A DNA stretch of 64,000 nt from an uncultured delta proteobacterium. GTDB lineage: Bacteria; Myxococcota_A; Polyangia; Palsa-1104. Below are positions 28,970-40,212 of the stretch, in pieces. The stretch spans positions 256,001 through 320,000 of the forward strand of contig CAWAWS010000002.1 of assembly GCA_963785725.1 (NCBI GenBank), read 5' to 3'. Numbering within the stretch: the stretch's first letter is position 1; every line of letters starts with the position of its first letter. A program made the position numbers and the translations under genes. Under the pieces are notes generated by a model that did no database searches, had not been told where the DNA came from, and worked only from the letters and a program-made list of their open reading frames with translations.

Positions 28970-31042
28970 ATGACCAACCGGCTCGCGAACGAGACCAGCC
29001 CCTACTTGCGCCAGCACGCCGACAATCCGGTCGACTGGTATCCCTTCGGCGACGAGGCGTTCACGCGCGCGAAGACCGACGACAAGCCGATCCTACTGTC
29101 GGTGGGCTACTCCGCTTGTCACTGGTGTCATGTGATGGCGCACGAGAGCTTCGAAGATCCGGCGGTGGCGCAGCTCATGAACGAGCGCTTCGTGAACGTC
29201 AAAGTCGATCGCGAAGAGATGCCCGACGTCGACCAGATCTATCAGCAGGCGCTGCAGCTGATGGGCGAGCATGGCGGCTGGCCGCTGACGATGTTCCTCT
29301 TGCCCGACGGGACGCCGTTTTTCGGCGGCACCTACTTTCCGCCGCGCGACCTGCATGGCCGGCCCTCGTTCAAGCGGCTCTGCTACTCGCTGTCGGAGGC
29401 GTGGAAGCAGAAGCGCGCCGATGTCCTGTCGAACGCCAAGCAGTTCACCGAAGGCTATCAGAGCATCGCGCGGCTCGAGCGCGGCGACGGCGACGCGGCG
29501 ATCCTCGTGGACACGATCGAGCGCGCGTCGGTGCGCCTCGGCACGCGCATCGATCGCAAGGAGGGCGGCTTCGAAGGCGCGCCCAAGTTTCCCAATCCGA
29601 AGTCGATGGAGCTCATCTTGCGCGGCGCGCGGCGGGCGGCGCGGGCGAAAGACGCGGAGGCGCCCGAGCTCTTGCGCGCGGTGACGCTGACGCTGACCAA
29701 GATGGCCGAAGGCGGGATTTACGACCACCTCGGCGGTGGGTTCGCCCGTTATTCGACCGACGCGCACTGGCTGGTGCCGCACTTCGAGAAGATGCTCTAT
29801 GACAACGCGCAGCTCTTGACGCTCATGTCGGAGTGCTGGCAGCTGTCGGGCGAGCCGTCGCTGCCGCGCGTGATTCGCGAGACGGTGGCCTATCTGGAGC
29901 GCGATCTGCGCGCGCCCGAAGGCGGCTTTTACACCGCCGAAGACGCCGACTCCGAAGGCGTCGAAGGCAAGTTCTACGTCTGGACGCCGGACGAGGTGAA
30001 GGCGACGCTCGACGCCGCCGGTGTCGATGCGCGCGCGGCCGACGTGTTCATGCGCTGCTTCGACGTCACGCCCGCCGGCAACTGGCACGATCCGCACGGC
30101 CACGGGCCCGAGGGCGCCAGCATTCTGCATGTCGTCGATCGGCCGCGCGATGACGAAGAAGCGCGGCTCGTCGACGCGGCCAAGGCGGCGCTATTGGCGG
30201 CGCGCAATAAGCGCGTGCGCCCCGGGCTCGACGACAAAGTGCTGGCCGGCAACAACGGCATGGCCATCGCCGGCTTGGCCGAAGCCGGCCGCGTGCTCGG
30301 CGAGCCCGCGTTCATCGACGGCGCGCGCCGCGCGGCCGAGTTCGTGCTCGGCCACATGACGGAGTCGTCGCGCGGGCGGCTCTTGCGCACGTACAGCCAC
30401 GGCGTGGCGCGACTGCCGGGCACGCTCGACGATCACGCGCACGTCTCGGACGGCCTTCTGGCGCTGTACGAAGCGACGGGCGAGGCGCGCTGGCTGGAAG
30501 AGGCGCATCGGCTGACGCGGCTGGCGCTCGGGCTCTTTTACGACGCCGGCGAGCGGCGCTTCTTCATGACCGCGGCCGACGATCCCGGGCTCATTCAGCG
30601 GCCGCCGTCGGTGTTCGACTCGGCGGTGCCGTCGGGAATGAGCGTGTGCATCGAGAACCTGATTCGCATGGGCGACATCTGCGGCGAGCAGGCGTGGCTC
30701 GACATCGCCGAGGCGGTCTTGAAGACGCATTACACGCGCGCGCTCGAGAATCCGTTCGGCTTCTCCAACCTGCTCAACGCGCTCGACTTGTACTTGGAGC
30801 GGCCGACGGAGATCGTGCTCGCGGGCGCAGACGTCACGGCGCTCGAGCGCGCGGTGGCGTCGGTCTATCTGCCGAACCGCATGATCGTGCGCGCGGCCAC
30901 GGCGCCCAAGCTCGTGCACGCGCTCGTCGACGGCAAGAGCGCGCTCGGCGGCGCGGCGACGGCCTACGTGTGCCGCGACTTCACGTGCCAGAAGCCGGAG
31001 CACGATCCGGCGGCCCTGGCGCGCTCGCTCGGCGCGCCGTAA
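28970..31042 (+). CDS. YyaL/SSP411-type thioredoxin-domain protein
   Basis: [56 protein letters not shown]. Confidence 0.95.
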   Translation: MTNRLANETSPYLRQHADNPVDWYPFGDEAFTRAKTDDKPILLSVGYSACHWCHVMAHESFEDPAVAQLMNERFVNVKVDREEMPDVDQIYQQALQLMGEHGGWPLTMFLLPDGTPFFGGTYFPPRDLHGRPSFKRLCYSLSEAWKQKRADVLSNAKQFTEGYQSIARLERGDGDAAILVDTIERASVRLGTRIDRKEGGFEGAPKFPNPKSMELILRGARRAARAKDAEAPELLRAVTLTLTKMAEGGIYDHLGGGFARYSTDAHWLVPHFEKMLYDNAQLLTLMSECWQLSGEPSLPRVIRETVAYLERDLRAPEGGFYTAEDADSEGVEGKFYVWTPDEVKATLDAAGVDARAADVFMRCFDVTPAGNWHDPHGHGPEGASILHVVDRPRDDEEARLVDAAKAALLAARNKRVRPGLDDKVLAGNNGMAIAGLAEAGRVLGEPAFIDGARRAAEFVLGHMTESSRGRLLRTYSHGVARLPGTLDDHAHVSDGLLALYEATGEARWLEEAHRLTRLALGLFYDAGERRFFMTAADDPGLIQRPPSVFDSAVPSGMSVCIENLIRMGDICGEQAWLDIAEAVLKTHYTRALENPFGFSNLLNALDLYLERPTEIVLAGADVTALERAVASVYLPNRMIVRAATAPKLVHALVDGKSALGGAATAYVCRDFTCQKPEHDPAALARSLGAP

Positions 31043-31057
31043 CGCCGACGGCGGCGG

Positions 31058-31684
31058 CTACTTCGGCGGCGTCGTCAGCGCGCGGCGCACGGCGCGGAAG
31101 GTCTCGAGCGGCTGCTTCCAGCTGGTCTCCTCGACGATCGCGCGCGGCAGCTTGCCACCCAAATTCTCCAACGACACATAGCGCGCATGCGTGCGGCCGG
31201 GACCGCGCGGCGACAGCTCCCACGTGCCGCGCAGCGGCGACACGCGCACCGGCTTGCCCGGCGGCGGGCCGCGGTCGCCGACGTCGCTCCAGGTCATGAC
31301 GAAGCCGTCGCCTTCGCGGCGCCAGCGATAACGCGAGGTCCAGTCGCGATCGCTGATGGGCCACGGCAGATCGAAGCGAAAATAGAGCAGCGCCTCGTCG
31401 CTGCCGCGGCTCAGGATGCGCAGCTCGGCCAAGCGCGGCACGATGCGGCGCAACAGGTCGAAGTCCGTCAAATGCGCGATCACGCGCTCGATGGGCGCGT
31501 CGATGTCGCCTTCGGCCGCGCCCCACGTCAACAGCTGCAGCGGCGACGGCAGCGGCGCGCGGGTGACGGCGATGCCGTCGACGGATTTGACCGGCAGCCA
31601 GGCGCGGCCGTCGGCGGCCGGTGGCGGCAGCGGCTGCGGCAGCTCGGCAGCCAAGCCCAACAGCACCATCGCCAGCGCCCACAT
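31058..31684 (-). CDS. START/SRPBCC domain secreted protein
   Basis: Signal-like N-terminus; DLPWPISDRDW, GTWEL, GGKLP. Confidence 0.8.
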   Translation of the reverse strand: MWALAMVLLGLAAELPQPLPPPAADGRAWLPVKSVDGIAVTRAPLPSPLQLLTWGAAEGDIDAPIERVIAHLTDFDLLRRIVPRLAELRILSRGSDEALLYFRFDLPWPISDRDWTSRYRWRREGDGFVMTWSDVGDRGPPPGKPVRVSPLRGTWELSPRGPGRTHARYVSLENLGGKLPRAIVEETSWKQPLETFRAVRRALTTPPK

Positions 31685-31763
31685 GCGACAGACTTTAGCA
31701 GTCGATTGGCGAGCGTCGAATTTAGATCTCGGCCATCCGCGTCGGTTCAACTAGATTGTGCGC

Positions 31764-32708
31764 GTGAAACTCGAGTTTTCGGTGAGCGCCGACGAGAACG
31801 GCCTGACGCTGGCGGCGATCTTGCGGAAGCGGCTGGCCGGCCCAAAAGACGACGCGGTGGAAGTGCCGTGGTCGCGGGCGCGCATGTTGTGCACGAGCGG
31901 CAAAGTCACCGTCGACGGGCTGGCCGCGCTCGATCCGGCGGCGCGGATGAAGCGCGCGCAAAAAGTGGCCGTCGACGAGCGCGCGCCCAAGCCCAAGCCG
32001 GCGACGGCGGCCGAGCTGGTGTACGACGATCCGCACGTCGTCGTGCTCGACAAGCCGTCGGGAATCTCCAGCGTGCCCTACGAAAAGCGCGAGGTCGGCA
32101 CGGCGATGGACATGGTGCGCGCGGCCTGGAAGCACCTGGGCATCAAAGGCACGTCGACGCCGCTGCTCGTCGTCCATCGCATCGACAAAGAGACCTCGGG
32201 GCTGCTGGCGTTCGCCAAGAGCAAGCTGGCCGAGCGCGAGTTGCAGGCGCTGTTTCGCACGCACGACGTCGAGCGCACCTACGTCTGCGTGGCCCACGGC
32301 AAGGTGTTCTCGCGGCGCATCGAGTCGATGCTGGTGACCGATCGCGGCGACGGCCTGCGCGGCTCGACGCGCAAGCCGAAGCTGGGCAAGCGCGCCGTGA
32401 CGCACGTGCGCGTGCTCGAGGAGCTGCCGCAAGCGACGCTGTGCGAGGTCAAGCTGGAGACGGGCAAGACGCACCAGATTCGCATCCACTTGGCGGAGGC
32501 GGGCCATCCGCTCGTCGGTGAGCGCGTCTATATTCGCGACTTCTGCAACCGCGGCGAGGAGCCGATTCCGTCGCCGCGGCTCTTGTTGCACGCGGCGACG
32601 CTGGGGTTTCGCCATCCGGTGACGAAGGAGCTGGTGCAGCTGTCGTCGCCGCTGCCGCCCGATTTCACGGCCGAGCTGGCGAGGATCCGCCGTCGCCGCG
32701 GCAGCTGA
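31764..32708 (+). CDS. RluA family pseudouridine synthase
   Basis: DKPSG, VHRIDKETSGL, LETGKTHQIRIH, LLLHA; start placed 6 nt after TAGATT. Confidence 0.95.
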   Translation: MKLEFSVSADENGLTLAAILRKRLAGPKDDAVEVPWSRARMLCTSGKVTVDGLAALDPAARMKRAQKVAVDERAPKPKPATAAELVYDDPHVVVLDKPSGISSVPYEKREVGTAMDMVRAAWKHLGIKGTSTPLLVVHRIDKETSGLLAFAKSKLAERELQALFRTHDVERTYVCVAHGKVFSRRIESMLVTDRGDGLRGSTRKPKLGKRAVTHVRVLEELPQATLCEVKLETGKTHQIRIHLAEAGHPLVGERVYIRDFCNRGEEPIPSPRLLLHAATLGFRHPVTKELVQLSSPLPPDFTAELARIRRRRGS

Positions 32709-33855
32709 CGGTCGCGAACGAGACGCTGGTGTCGTCGTCCTCCTGCGCTTGCCAGGCGGCGGCCAGGCGCGACTTGGACGCCGCTGCCTGCAGGTTGAGG
32801 ATGCCGCGCGGCGCCAGCGCCAGCTTCGTCGCTTGCGTCAGCTTGCCGTCGGTCAGGTTGCCGCACCACAGCTCGTCGGCGCGGCCCGCTTCGAGCGACG
32901 TGTCGCGCACGAAGCAGAGCGCGGCGTGGCCGTCGGCGCGCGTCGCCGCGGCCGGCGTGTGACCGTCGGTGAAGCGCACGGGCGTGCCGCCGGCGGCAGG
33001 CGCGATGTAGAGCCCGGCGTCGGCCGGCAGCTCCCACACCAGCCGATCGCCGGCCAGCTCCGGCGTCTCGCCCGCGCCCAAGTCGCGCCGCCCGTCGAGC
33101 GACGTGCGCGTCAACGTCGCCGTGAGCACGTGCTGCTGGCCGTCGAGCATCTCTTCCCAGCCGATCGTCGCGTGACCGTCGCCGATCGGCAAGAGGTCGA
33201 CCGTCGGATCCGGTGACGGCGCGCGCGTGACGAGGAACGGCTTACCGAGCGGCTGATCGCGATGATCGAAGTAGCGCACGGTCACGACGTGCGGCAGGCC
33301 GCTCCAGTTCCACCAGGCCACGGCGTAGTCGGAGCCGAACGACACCGCCGTCAAGGCGCGCGCGCCCGGCGACGTCACCAGCGGCACGATGTCGCCCGTC
33401 GGCTTGCCGCTGCGATCGAGGTGGCGCGCGTCGATGACCGAGCTGTCGCCCTGCTCCACCGTCCACAACACGAGGAAGCCGGTGCCGTCGGCGACGACGC
33501 GCGGATCGGCGCCCGAGCGCGCGACGTCGGCCACTTCGATCGACGGACCGAGCGGGCGCGCGGCGTCGTCGAACGTCTGCACGCGCACGCCGCGGTGATC
33601 GGTCGTCTCTTCCCAGGCGACGGCGAACGCGTCATCGCCGCCGGCCACTTGCGGGCGCGCCGCGCCGGTGCCCGGCGTCGACAAGCGGCGCACGGTGGCG
33701 CGACAAGCGGCATCGGCCGCCGCCGTCTCCGTCGTCCCACGAGACGAGCGCGGCGCCTTGACGAGCGGACCGGGTGGAACCGCGGGCGTGCACGCCGACA
33801 GCGCGGCGGCAGCGAAAACGAGACCGAGCAGCAGTAAGAACGATCGCAAACGCAT
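32665..33855 (-). CDS. Hypothetical beta-propeller-like lipoprotein
   Basis: MRLRSFLLLLGLVFAAAALSAC lipobox; recurring (F/Y)AVAW-type strands. Confidence 0.7.
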   Translation of the reverse strand: MRLRSFLLLLGLVFAAAALSACTPAVPPGPLVKAPRSSRGTTETAAADAACRATVRRLSTPGTGAARPQVAGGDDAFAVAWEETTDHRGVRVQTFDDAARPLGPSIEVADVARSGADPRVVADGTGFLVLWTVEQGDSSVIDARHLDRSGKPTGDIVPLVTSPGARALTAVSFGSDYAVAWWNWSGLPHVVTVRYFDHRDQPLGKPFLVTRAPSPDPTVDLLPIGDGHATIGWEEMLDGQQHVLTATLTRTSLDGRRDLGAGETPELAGDRLVWELPADAGLYIAPAAGGTPVRFTDGHTPAAATRADGHAALCFVRDTSLEAGRADELWCGNLTDGKLTQATKLALAPRGILNLQAAASKSRLAAAWQAQEDDDTSVSFATVSCRGDGGSSPARP

Positions 33856-33894
33856 TACCCCTTGTTTTCGAGTTACGCTAACGCGCGTCAAGGC

Positions 33895-34833
33895 ATGACC
33901 CAACAGATCGTTGTCGACAAGCTCGTGAAGGAATATCGGGTGCACGAGCGCGCGGCGGGCGCGTGGGCGTCGTTCCGCTCGCTCTTTCGTCGGCGCTATC
34001 GGACCGCGCGCGCCGTCGACGAGCTGTCGTTTTCGATCGCCGGCGGCGAGCGCGTCGGCTTCTTGGGCCCGAACGGCGCCGGCAAGACGACGACGCTCAA
34101 GGTGCTGGCGGGCCTCTTGCATCCGACGTCGGGCACGGCGCACGTCGACGGCTTCGATCCGCGCAAGCGCGACTTCCAGTTCTTGCGGCGGATTACGCTG
34201 GTGATGGGGCAAAAGCAGCAGCTCTTGTGGGATCTGCCGCCGCTCGATACCTTCGCCATGAACCGCGCCATCTACGACTTGCCGAAGCGCGAGTACGACG
34301 AGACCCTGAGCGAGCTGACGACGCTGCTCGAGCTCGGCGAGCTGGTGCGGCGACCGACGCGGCAGCTGTCGCTCGGCGAGCGCATGAAGTGCGAGCTGGT
34401 GGCGGCGCTGCTGCATCGGCCGCGCGTGCTCTTCCTCGACGAGCCGACCATCGGTCTCGACGTGCAGATGCAGATGACGCTGCGCCGCTTCGTGCGCGAC
34501 TACAACGAGCGCTTCTCGGCGACGGTGCTGCTCACGAGCCACTACATGGACGACGTGGCGGCGCTCTGTCCGCGCGTCATCGTCATCGACAAAGGGCGGC
34601 TGACGTACGACGGCGCGCTCGTCGAGCTGGTGCGCAAAGTGCGGCCGCTCAAGCGCATCATCGTGCGCACCAACGACGGCAAGTCGGAGACGCTCGACGT
34701 CGCCGCCGGCGAGCTGCAGGCCACCATCGCCGGCCTCATCCAGCGCGGCGTCGCCGACTTGACCGTCGAAGATCCGCCGCTGGAAGAGGTCATGCGCGAC
34801 CTCTTTCAGCGACATGAGGGCGACGCCGCGTGA
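33895..34833 (+). CDS. ABC transporter ATP-binding protein
   Basis: GPNGAGKTT, LSLGERMK, FLDEPTIGLD, TSH. Confidence 0.95.
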   Translation: MTQQIVVDKLVKEYRVHERAAGAWASFRSLFRRRYRTARAVDELSFSIAGGERVGFLGPNGAGKTTTLKVLAGLLHPTSGTAHVDGFDPRKRDFQFLRRITLVMGQKQQLLWDLPPLDTFAMNRAIYDLPKREYDETLSELTTLLELGELVRRPTRQLSLGERMKCELVAALLHRPRVLFLDEPTIGLDVQMQMTLRRFVRDYNERFSATVLLTSHYMDDVAALCPRVIVIDKGRLTYDGALVELVRKVRPLKRIIVRTNDGKSETLDVAAGELQATIAGLIQRGVADLTVEDPPLEEVMRDLFQRHEGDAA

Positions 34834-35684
34834 GCGTGCGACCGACCGCCGGCGAGCCCGAGCGCGCCTACGTCGACGACGGCGCGTTCCGCCGCTTTTG
34901 GCGCGCCTATCCGACGCTCCTGCGCGTCGGGCTGGCCGAGGCGGTCGCCTATCGCGCCGAGTTCATCGTGTGGATGCTGGCGACGACGATGCCGCTCGTC
35001 ATGCTCGCCATCATGACGGCGATGGCGCGAGAGGCGCCGGTCGGCCGCTTCGATCAGCCGGGCTTCGTCGCCTACTATCTCGTGACGCTCATCGTGCGCC
35101 AGATGACGGGCGCCTGGATCGCGTGGGACATGAACCGCGAGATCAAAGAGGGCACGCTGGCGCTCAGGCTGCTCAAGCCCATTCATCCGCTCGCCGGCTA
35201 CTCGGCGGATTCGCTGGCGGCGCTGCCGATGCGCGCGCTCATCTCGCTGCCGCTGACCGTCACCGTGCTCGTCCTGTCGTCGCACGACCATATGACGCAC
35301 GATCCGGTCGTCGTCTTCATTTTCCTGCTGTCGCTTTTGGGCGCCTGGCTGCTCAACTTCGCGGTCTCGGCGACGATCGGGACGCTCGGCCTCTTCATCG
35401 ACAGCTCGCTGCAAGTCTGGGAGCTGTGGTTCGGCGCTTATATGTTGCTGTCGGGCTATCTCATCCCGCTCGAGCTGTTCCCGCATTGGGCCGAGCACGC
35501 CGCGCGCTGCCTGCCGTTCGCCTATCTGCAGGCGTTCCCCGTCGAAACCTTGACCGGACGACACAGCCGCGCCGAGGCGCTGGCCGGCCTGGGCGCGCAA
35601 GCGGCGTGGGCCGCCGCCGCGTGGGTCATGCTGCTCACGTTGTGGCGCCGCGGCCAGCGTCGCTTCGCGGCGTTCGGCGGCTGA
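34830..35684 (+). CDS. ABC-2 type permease (DUF990-like)
   Basis: AYRAEF, EIKEGTL..LLKP, SGYLIPLELFP. Confidence 0.9.
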   Translation: MSVRPTAGEPERAYVDDGAFRRFWRAYPTLLRVGLAEAVAYRAEFIVWMLATTMPLVMLAIMTAMAREAPVGRFDQPGFVAYYLVTLIVRQMTGAWIAWDMNREIKEGTLALRLLKPIHPLAGYSADSLAALPMRALISLPLTVTVLVLSSHDHMTHDPVVVFIFLLSLLGAWLLNFAVSATIGTLGLFIDSSLQVWELWFGAYMLLSGYLIPLELFPHWAEHAARCLPFAYLQAFPVETLTGRHSRAEALAGLGAQAAWAAAAWVMLLTLWRRGQRRFAAFGG

Positions 35685-36469
35685 TGCGCTACCTCGGCCT
35701 ACTCGGCGTGCAGCTGCGCGCGTCGCTGCAAGTGACCATGCAATATCGCGCCGAGTTCTTCATCGGCTCGTTCATGGCGCTGTTCTACCTGTTCTGGAAC
35801 TTGGTGCCGCTGTTCGTGCTCTGGTCGCAGCGCGAGACCATCGCCGGCTGGTCGCTGCCGGAGGCGATGCTGGTGACGGCCTGGTTCACGCTCTTGCGCT
35901 CGCTGCTCGACGGCGCCGTGCAGCCGTCGCTGGCGGCGGTCGTCGAGCACATCCGCAAAGGCACGCTCGACTTCGTGCTCTTGAAGCCCGCCGATACGCA
36001 GTTCCTCGTCTCGACGGCGAAGTTCGAAGTCTTGAGCTTCGTCGACGCGCTCGCCGCCGTCGGCATGGCCGTCTGGGCGCTGCACGAGCTGCATCGCGTC
36101 CCGACCGCGGCGCAGCTGGGCACGGCGCTCCTCCTCACGATCGCCGCCGCCGCGCTCTTGTACGCCATTTCGATCCTCGTCATCTCGGCCGCGTTCTACG
36201 TCGTGCGCCTCGACAACCTCATCTACCTCTTCAACAGCGTGTTCGACGCCGGTCGCTGGCCGGCCTCGGTCTTTCGCGGCATCTGGCGCTTCCTGTTCAC
36301 GTTCGTCGTGCCGTTGGCGCTGATGACGACCTATCCGGCGCTGGCGCTGCTCGGCCGCTTGGCGCCGCAAACGACGCTGCGCGCGCTCGCCGGCGCGCTG
36401 GCGTTCGTGGCGTTGGCGCGCGTCGTCTGGCGCCGCTCGATTGGGCACTATCGCTCGGCGTCGTCCTAA
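35684..36469 (+). CDS. ABC-2 type permease (DUF990-like)
   Basis: QYRAEF, IRKGTLDFVLLKP, RWPASVF, YRSASS*. Confidence 0.9.
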   Translation: MRYLGLLGVQLRASLQVTMQYRAEFFIGSFMALFYLFWNLVPLFVLWSQRETIAGWSLPEAMLVTAWFTLLRSLLDGAVQPSLAAVVEHIRKGTLDFVLLKPADTQFLVSTAKFEVLSFVDALAAVGMAVWALHELHRVPTAAQLGTALLLTIAAAALLYAISILVISAAFYVVRLDNLIYLFNSVFDAGRWPASVFRGIWRFLFTFVVPLALMTTYPALALLGRLAPQTTLRALAGALAFVALARVVWRRSIGHYRSASS

Positions 36470-36483
36470 GATAAAATCGACGC

Positions 36484-36957
36484 GTGGACCGCACTAGACG
36501 AACCCTTTGTCAGGCCGGGCTCGCGCTCGGCTGCGCGGCTGCCCTGCCCGCTTGCGGCGGCAGCTCCAACTCCAACAACGGTGGCAGCTGCGACGTGAGC
36601 GACCTCGCGGTCGGCCTCGCCAGCAGCATCGCGCTCAACGACGCCGTCAAGGTGCTGACCGCGCAAGCCAACGGCACCGGCATCTTCGTCTGCCACGATG
36701 CCGGCGGCTACTACGCCGTCGACGCCGGCTGCACGCACGTCGACTGCGACGTCGCCTTGAAGGCGCCCGGCGATCTGTCACAAGGCTTCCTCTGCCCCTG
36801 TCACGGCGCGACCTATGACGCCAACGGGCTCAACCCGACGACGCCGGCGCCGTTACCGCTGCCACATTACGAGCTGTGTCTGCAGTCGTCGGGCGAGCTG
36901 TTGTGCAACGTGTCGCCGTCCGATCCCGTCGCTGCGACCGTGCGCCTCAAAGCCTAG
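36484..36957 (+). CDS. Rieske [2Fe-2S] protein with Tat/lipoprotein signal
   Basis: TRRTLC twin-Arg, LPAC, CTHVDC and CPCHG boxes. Confidence 0.88.
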   Translation: MDRTRRTLCQAGLALGCAAALPACGGSSNSNNGGSCDVSDLAVGLASSIALNDAVKVLTAQANGTGIFVCHDAGGYYAVDAGCTHVDCDVALKAPGDLSQGFLCPCHGATYDANGLNPTTPAPLPLPHYELCLQSSGELLCNVSPSDPVAATVRLKA

Positions 36958-36975
36958 CTGCTACAATTTGCCGCG

Positions 36976-38016
36976 GTGAAGGCGTTCGTCCTCCTCTTAC
37001 TATTCGCGATGAGCGGCTGCTGGAGCGGCGGCTATCTCGCCAAGCAAGGCGTCGGACAGCTCAAGCTGTTGCGCGCGCGCCGCAAGATCAGCGACGTCCT
37101 CGCCGACCCGACCACCCCCGCCGAGTTGCGCCGGCGCTTGAAGCTGGCCGAGGCCGCGCGCCAGTTCGGGATCGACGAGCTCGGCCTGCGCGGCGGCGAC
37201 GGCTTCACGCGCTTCGTCGACTCGCACGGCGCCCCCATCGCCTGGAACTTGACCGCCGCGCCCAAAGACAAGCTGGAGGCGCATCTCAACCGCTTCCCCA
37301 TCGTCGGCGTCATCCCGTATTTGGGCTTCTTCGAGGAGGCCGACGCCACGCGCGAAGCCAAGCGCCTCAGCGACGAAGGGCTCGACGTCTACGTTCGCCC
37401 CGTCGCCGGCTACTCGACGCTCGGCATCACGTCCGATCCCATCTACTCCAGCATGCTCGACGGCGGCGACGCGCGCATCGTCGAGGTCACGCTGCACGAG
37501 ATGACGCACGCCACGGTCTACCTGCCTGGCCACAGCGAGTGGAACGAGAGCATGGCGACGCTCGTCGGCATTGAAGGCGCGTCGGCCTTCTTCGCCGCGC
37601 ACGGCGACGCCGCATCGGCGGCGAAGATGGAGGCCGAGTCGCGCGCGCGCGAGCGCGACCAAGAGACGTTCGCGCGCTTCTTGGAGCCGGTCGTGCACGA
37701 GCTCGAGGCGTTGTATGCGTCGCCGCAGCTGACCAAGGCGCAGAAGATCGCGCAGCGCGAGCCCATCTTCGCGCGGGCAAAGCAGCGCTTTTTACAGCTG
37801 TTTCCCATTCCGCCGGGTCATAAGCCGGGCGCGTTCACGGCGCAGCCGCTCAACAACGCGGTGCTGATCTCGTTCCTCGTCTATCACCAGTCGACGCCCG
37901 AGCATCGTCGCCAGCTTTTACGGCTGCACGGCGACCTGCGCGCGCTCGTCGCGCTCTACAAGCACGCCGTCGAAGACGTGCAGCACCCGCTGCAATATCT
38001 GGCGCAGCTGCGCTGA
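36976..38016 (+). CDS. Putative zinc aminopeptidase lipoprotein
   Basis: MSGC lipobox, FPIVG..PYLGFF, GYSTLG, HEMTH (HExxH), NES.A, LNNA. Confidence 0.87.
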   Translation: MKAFVLLLLFAMSGCWSGGYLAKQGVGQLKLLRARRKISDVLADPTTPAELRRRLKLAEAARQFGIDELGLRGGDGFTRFVDSHGAPIAWNLTAAPKDKLEAHLNRFPIVGVIPYLGFFEEADATREAKRLSDEGLDVYVRPVAGYSTLGITSDPIYSSMLDGGDARIVEVTLHEMTHATVYLPGHSEWNESMATLVGIEGASAFFAAHGDAASAAKMEAESRARERDQETFARFLEPVVHELEALYASPQLTKAQKIAQREPIFARAKQRFLQLFPIPPGHKPGAFTAQPLNNAVLISFLVYHQSTPEHRRQLLRLHGDLRALVALYKHAVEDVQHPLQYLAQLR

Positions 38017-38052
38017 CGATAACTGATTCGATACGAGCGGAAACTAAACGAG

Positions 38053-38649
38053 TTATTCGCGGGCGAGGACGAAGTAGGAATCCATCGGCTTGTCGAGGCG
38101 CGTGGCGAAGCCGATGCAGACGTGCTGCGAAACGCGGCGCAAATAGTCGTACAGGTTCTTGTAGACGAGGTTGGAGAGGCCGCGATCGTTCGGCTTGACC
38201 TCGGGCCAGCCGGCCGGCGTCGTCTTCGGCACCTGCGTGTAGTCGACGCGCATCTCGTTGGCGTTGTGCGGCGACGGCACCATCACGAAGTAGCCCGGTC
38301 CCGTCACCCACGACGTCGACTGTTTGTTGTAGCCGACGAGCTGGCCTTCATGACGGATGAAGCGCTTCTCGAAGATTTGGAACAGCGGCAGCGAGTTCTT
38401 GCCGCCCCAAATGACCTGCTTGCCTTCGCCCAAGCTCGACGGCACCAAGTCCTCGGCCGTGAACGCGGGCGCGCCGGCGCAGACTTCCCACAAACGCTTC
38501 TGCTCTTTGCCCGAGAGCGCGCGGCACTCGGCGAGCCGAGCGGCCGCGTCGAGCCGATCGAGGTGAGCGGCGAGCTGCGGCTGCGTGCAGTCGGAGCGGC
38601 CGAGCAGTGTCGAAAGCGTGGCGGCTTCGGAATGAGCGACGGCGACCAT
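38053..38649 (-). CDS. Hypothetical protein
   Basis: Protein-like composition; TAGACT 6 nt upstream of ATG. Confidence 0.72.
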   Translation of the reverse strand: MVAVAHSEAATLSTLLGRSDCTQPQLAAHLDRLDAAARLAECRALSGKEQKRLWEVCAGAPAFTAEDLVPSSLGEGKQVIWGGKNSLPLFQIFEKRFIRHEGQLVGYNKQSTSWVTGPGYFVMVPSPHNANEMRVDYTQVPKTTPAGWPEVKPNDRGLSNLVYKNLYDYLRRVSQHVCIGFATRLDKPMDSYFVLARE

Positions 38650-38794
38650 GCCGGCAGTCTACACCAAGCCGGCCGCGTGCAAAGGCGCACGCAATCCAAC
38701 TTCTTTGAACCACCTTTGGACGCTGAAGCCCATGTTATGGTGCGCCATGCTTCCCGTCGCCGAGGCGCGTCGCAACCCGTTCAGTAAAGACTTA

Positions 38795-39556
38795 ATGAAG
38801 GACCAGTGCGTCATCATCACCGGCGGCGGCACCGGCATCGGCCGCGCTACCGCCGAGGAGCTGCTGCAGCTCGGCGCCCGCGTCGCCATCGGCAGCCGCA
38901 AGCCCGAGCACCTCGAGCCGACCGTCGCCGCGCTCGGCCACTTGGGCGAGGTCGTGGCCCTCCCCTGCGACATCCGCGAGCCCGACTCGGTGGCGGCGTT
39001 CGTCACCGGCGTGCTCGAGCGCTTCGGCCGCATCGACGCCCTCGTCAACAACGCCGGCGGCCAATTTCCGACGACCGCCGAGCAGCTGACGCCGCGCGGC
39101 TTCGAAGCCGTCATCCGCAACAACTTGAACGGCACGTTCTACATGACGCGCGAAGTGGCCACGCGCGCGCTCATCCCGCAGCAGTCGGGCAGCATCGTCA
39201 ACGTCATCGCCAACATCGCGCGCGGCTTTCCCGGCATGGTGCACACCGGCGCCGCCCGCGCCGGCGTCGAGAACATGACCAAGACGATGGCCGTCGAGTG
39301 GGCGCAGTTCGACGTACGCGTCAACGCCGTCGCGCCCGGCATCGTGCAGTCGACCGGAATCGCGCAGTATCCGCCCGAGCTGGTCGCGGCTTCGGTGGCG
39401 CGCACGCCGCAAAAACGCATCGGCACCGTCGAAGAGATCGCGCACGCCATCGTCTACTTGGTGTCGCCGGCGGCGGCGTTCATCACCGGCGCCACCTTGC
39501 GCATCGACGGCGGCGCGTCGCTCTGGGGCGACTCGTGGCTGATTCCCGACCGCTGA
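38795..39556 (+). CDS. SDR family oxidoreductase (trans-2-enoyl/2,4-dienoyl-CoA reductase-like)
   Basis: ITGGGTGIG, LVNNAGGQF, HTGAARAGV, VNAVAPG. Confidence 0.92.
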   Translation: MKDQCVIITGGGTGIGRATAEELLQLGARVAIGSRKPEHLEPTVAALGHLGEVVALPCDIREPDSVAAFVTGVLERFGRIDALVNNAGGQFPTTAEQLTPRGFEAVIRNNLNGTFYMTREVATRALIPQQSGSIVNVIANIARGFPGMVHTGAARAGVENMTKTMAVEWAQFDVRVNAVAPGIVQSTGIAQYPPELVAASVARTPQKRIGTVEEIAHAIVYLVSPAAAFITGATLRIDGGASLWGDSWLIPDR

Positions 39557-40209
39557 CGCGCGTCGACTCCTCGCGCAAGCGGCTTTGGTGGCTGCTCGGC
39601 TATTGGCTGTTCGGCTTGGCGCTGCGCTGGCCGGTGATGGCGATGAAGCATCATTTGCCGCCGGGAACGACGCGCGATCTGGCGCAGCTGACGCTGAAAA
39701 CGGCGCTGAGCGTGCTCTTGCCGGCGCTGGCGCTGCGCTGGCTCATGCCCGAGGCGCCGCTCGCCGAGCAGCTCGGCTTACGCGCGCGCGCCGGCATGCG
39801 CCCGCGACCGCGCGCGGCCGCGCTCGTGTCGCTCGGCTGGATCGGCCTCGTCTACGGCGCCTCCAAGCTGCTTGGCCAAGACGCGACGTCGATCTGGCCC
39901 GCCGGCGTCGCCGCCGCGCTCCTCATGGCAGCGCACGTCACCGTCGAGGAGATCGCCTTCCGCGGCTTCATCCTCGGCTGGCTCTCCGCCGATCGCCCCT
40001 TCTGGCGCGCCAACGTCATCACGACGCTCATGTTCCTGTCGATGCATCTGCCGGGCTTCATCGCGTCCGGCATGCGCGTCGAGCTGGTGCCGATGTCGCT
40101 CGTGCTCGTGGCGCTGTCGCTCGTGCTCGGCTGGGTGACGCAGCTCGGCGGCAACATCTGGATCGCGACGCTCTTGCACCTCGCCAACAACGCGCTCGCC
40201 GGCTGGTGA
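39553..40209 (+). CDS. CPBP (Abi/CAAX) intramembrane protease; start uncertain
   Basis: EEIAFRG, FLSMH, LLHLANN. Confidence 0.8.
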   Translation: MTRVDSSRKRLWWLLGYWLFGLALRWPVMAMKHHLPPGTTRDLAQLTLKTALSVLLPALALRWLMPEAPLAEQLGLRARAGMRPRPRAAALVSLGWIGLVYGASKLLGQDATSIWPAGVAAALLMAAHVTVEEIAFRGFILGWLSADRPFWRANVITTLMFLSMHLPGFIASGMRVELVPMSLVLVALSLVLGWVTQLGGNIWIATLLHLANNALAGW

Positions 40210-40212
40210 CCG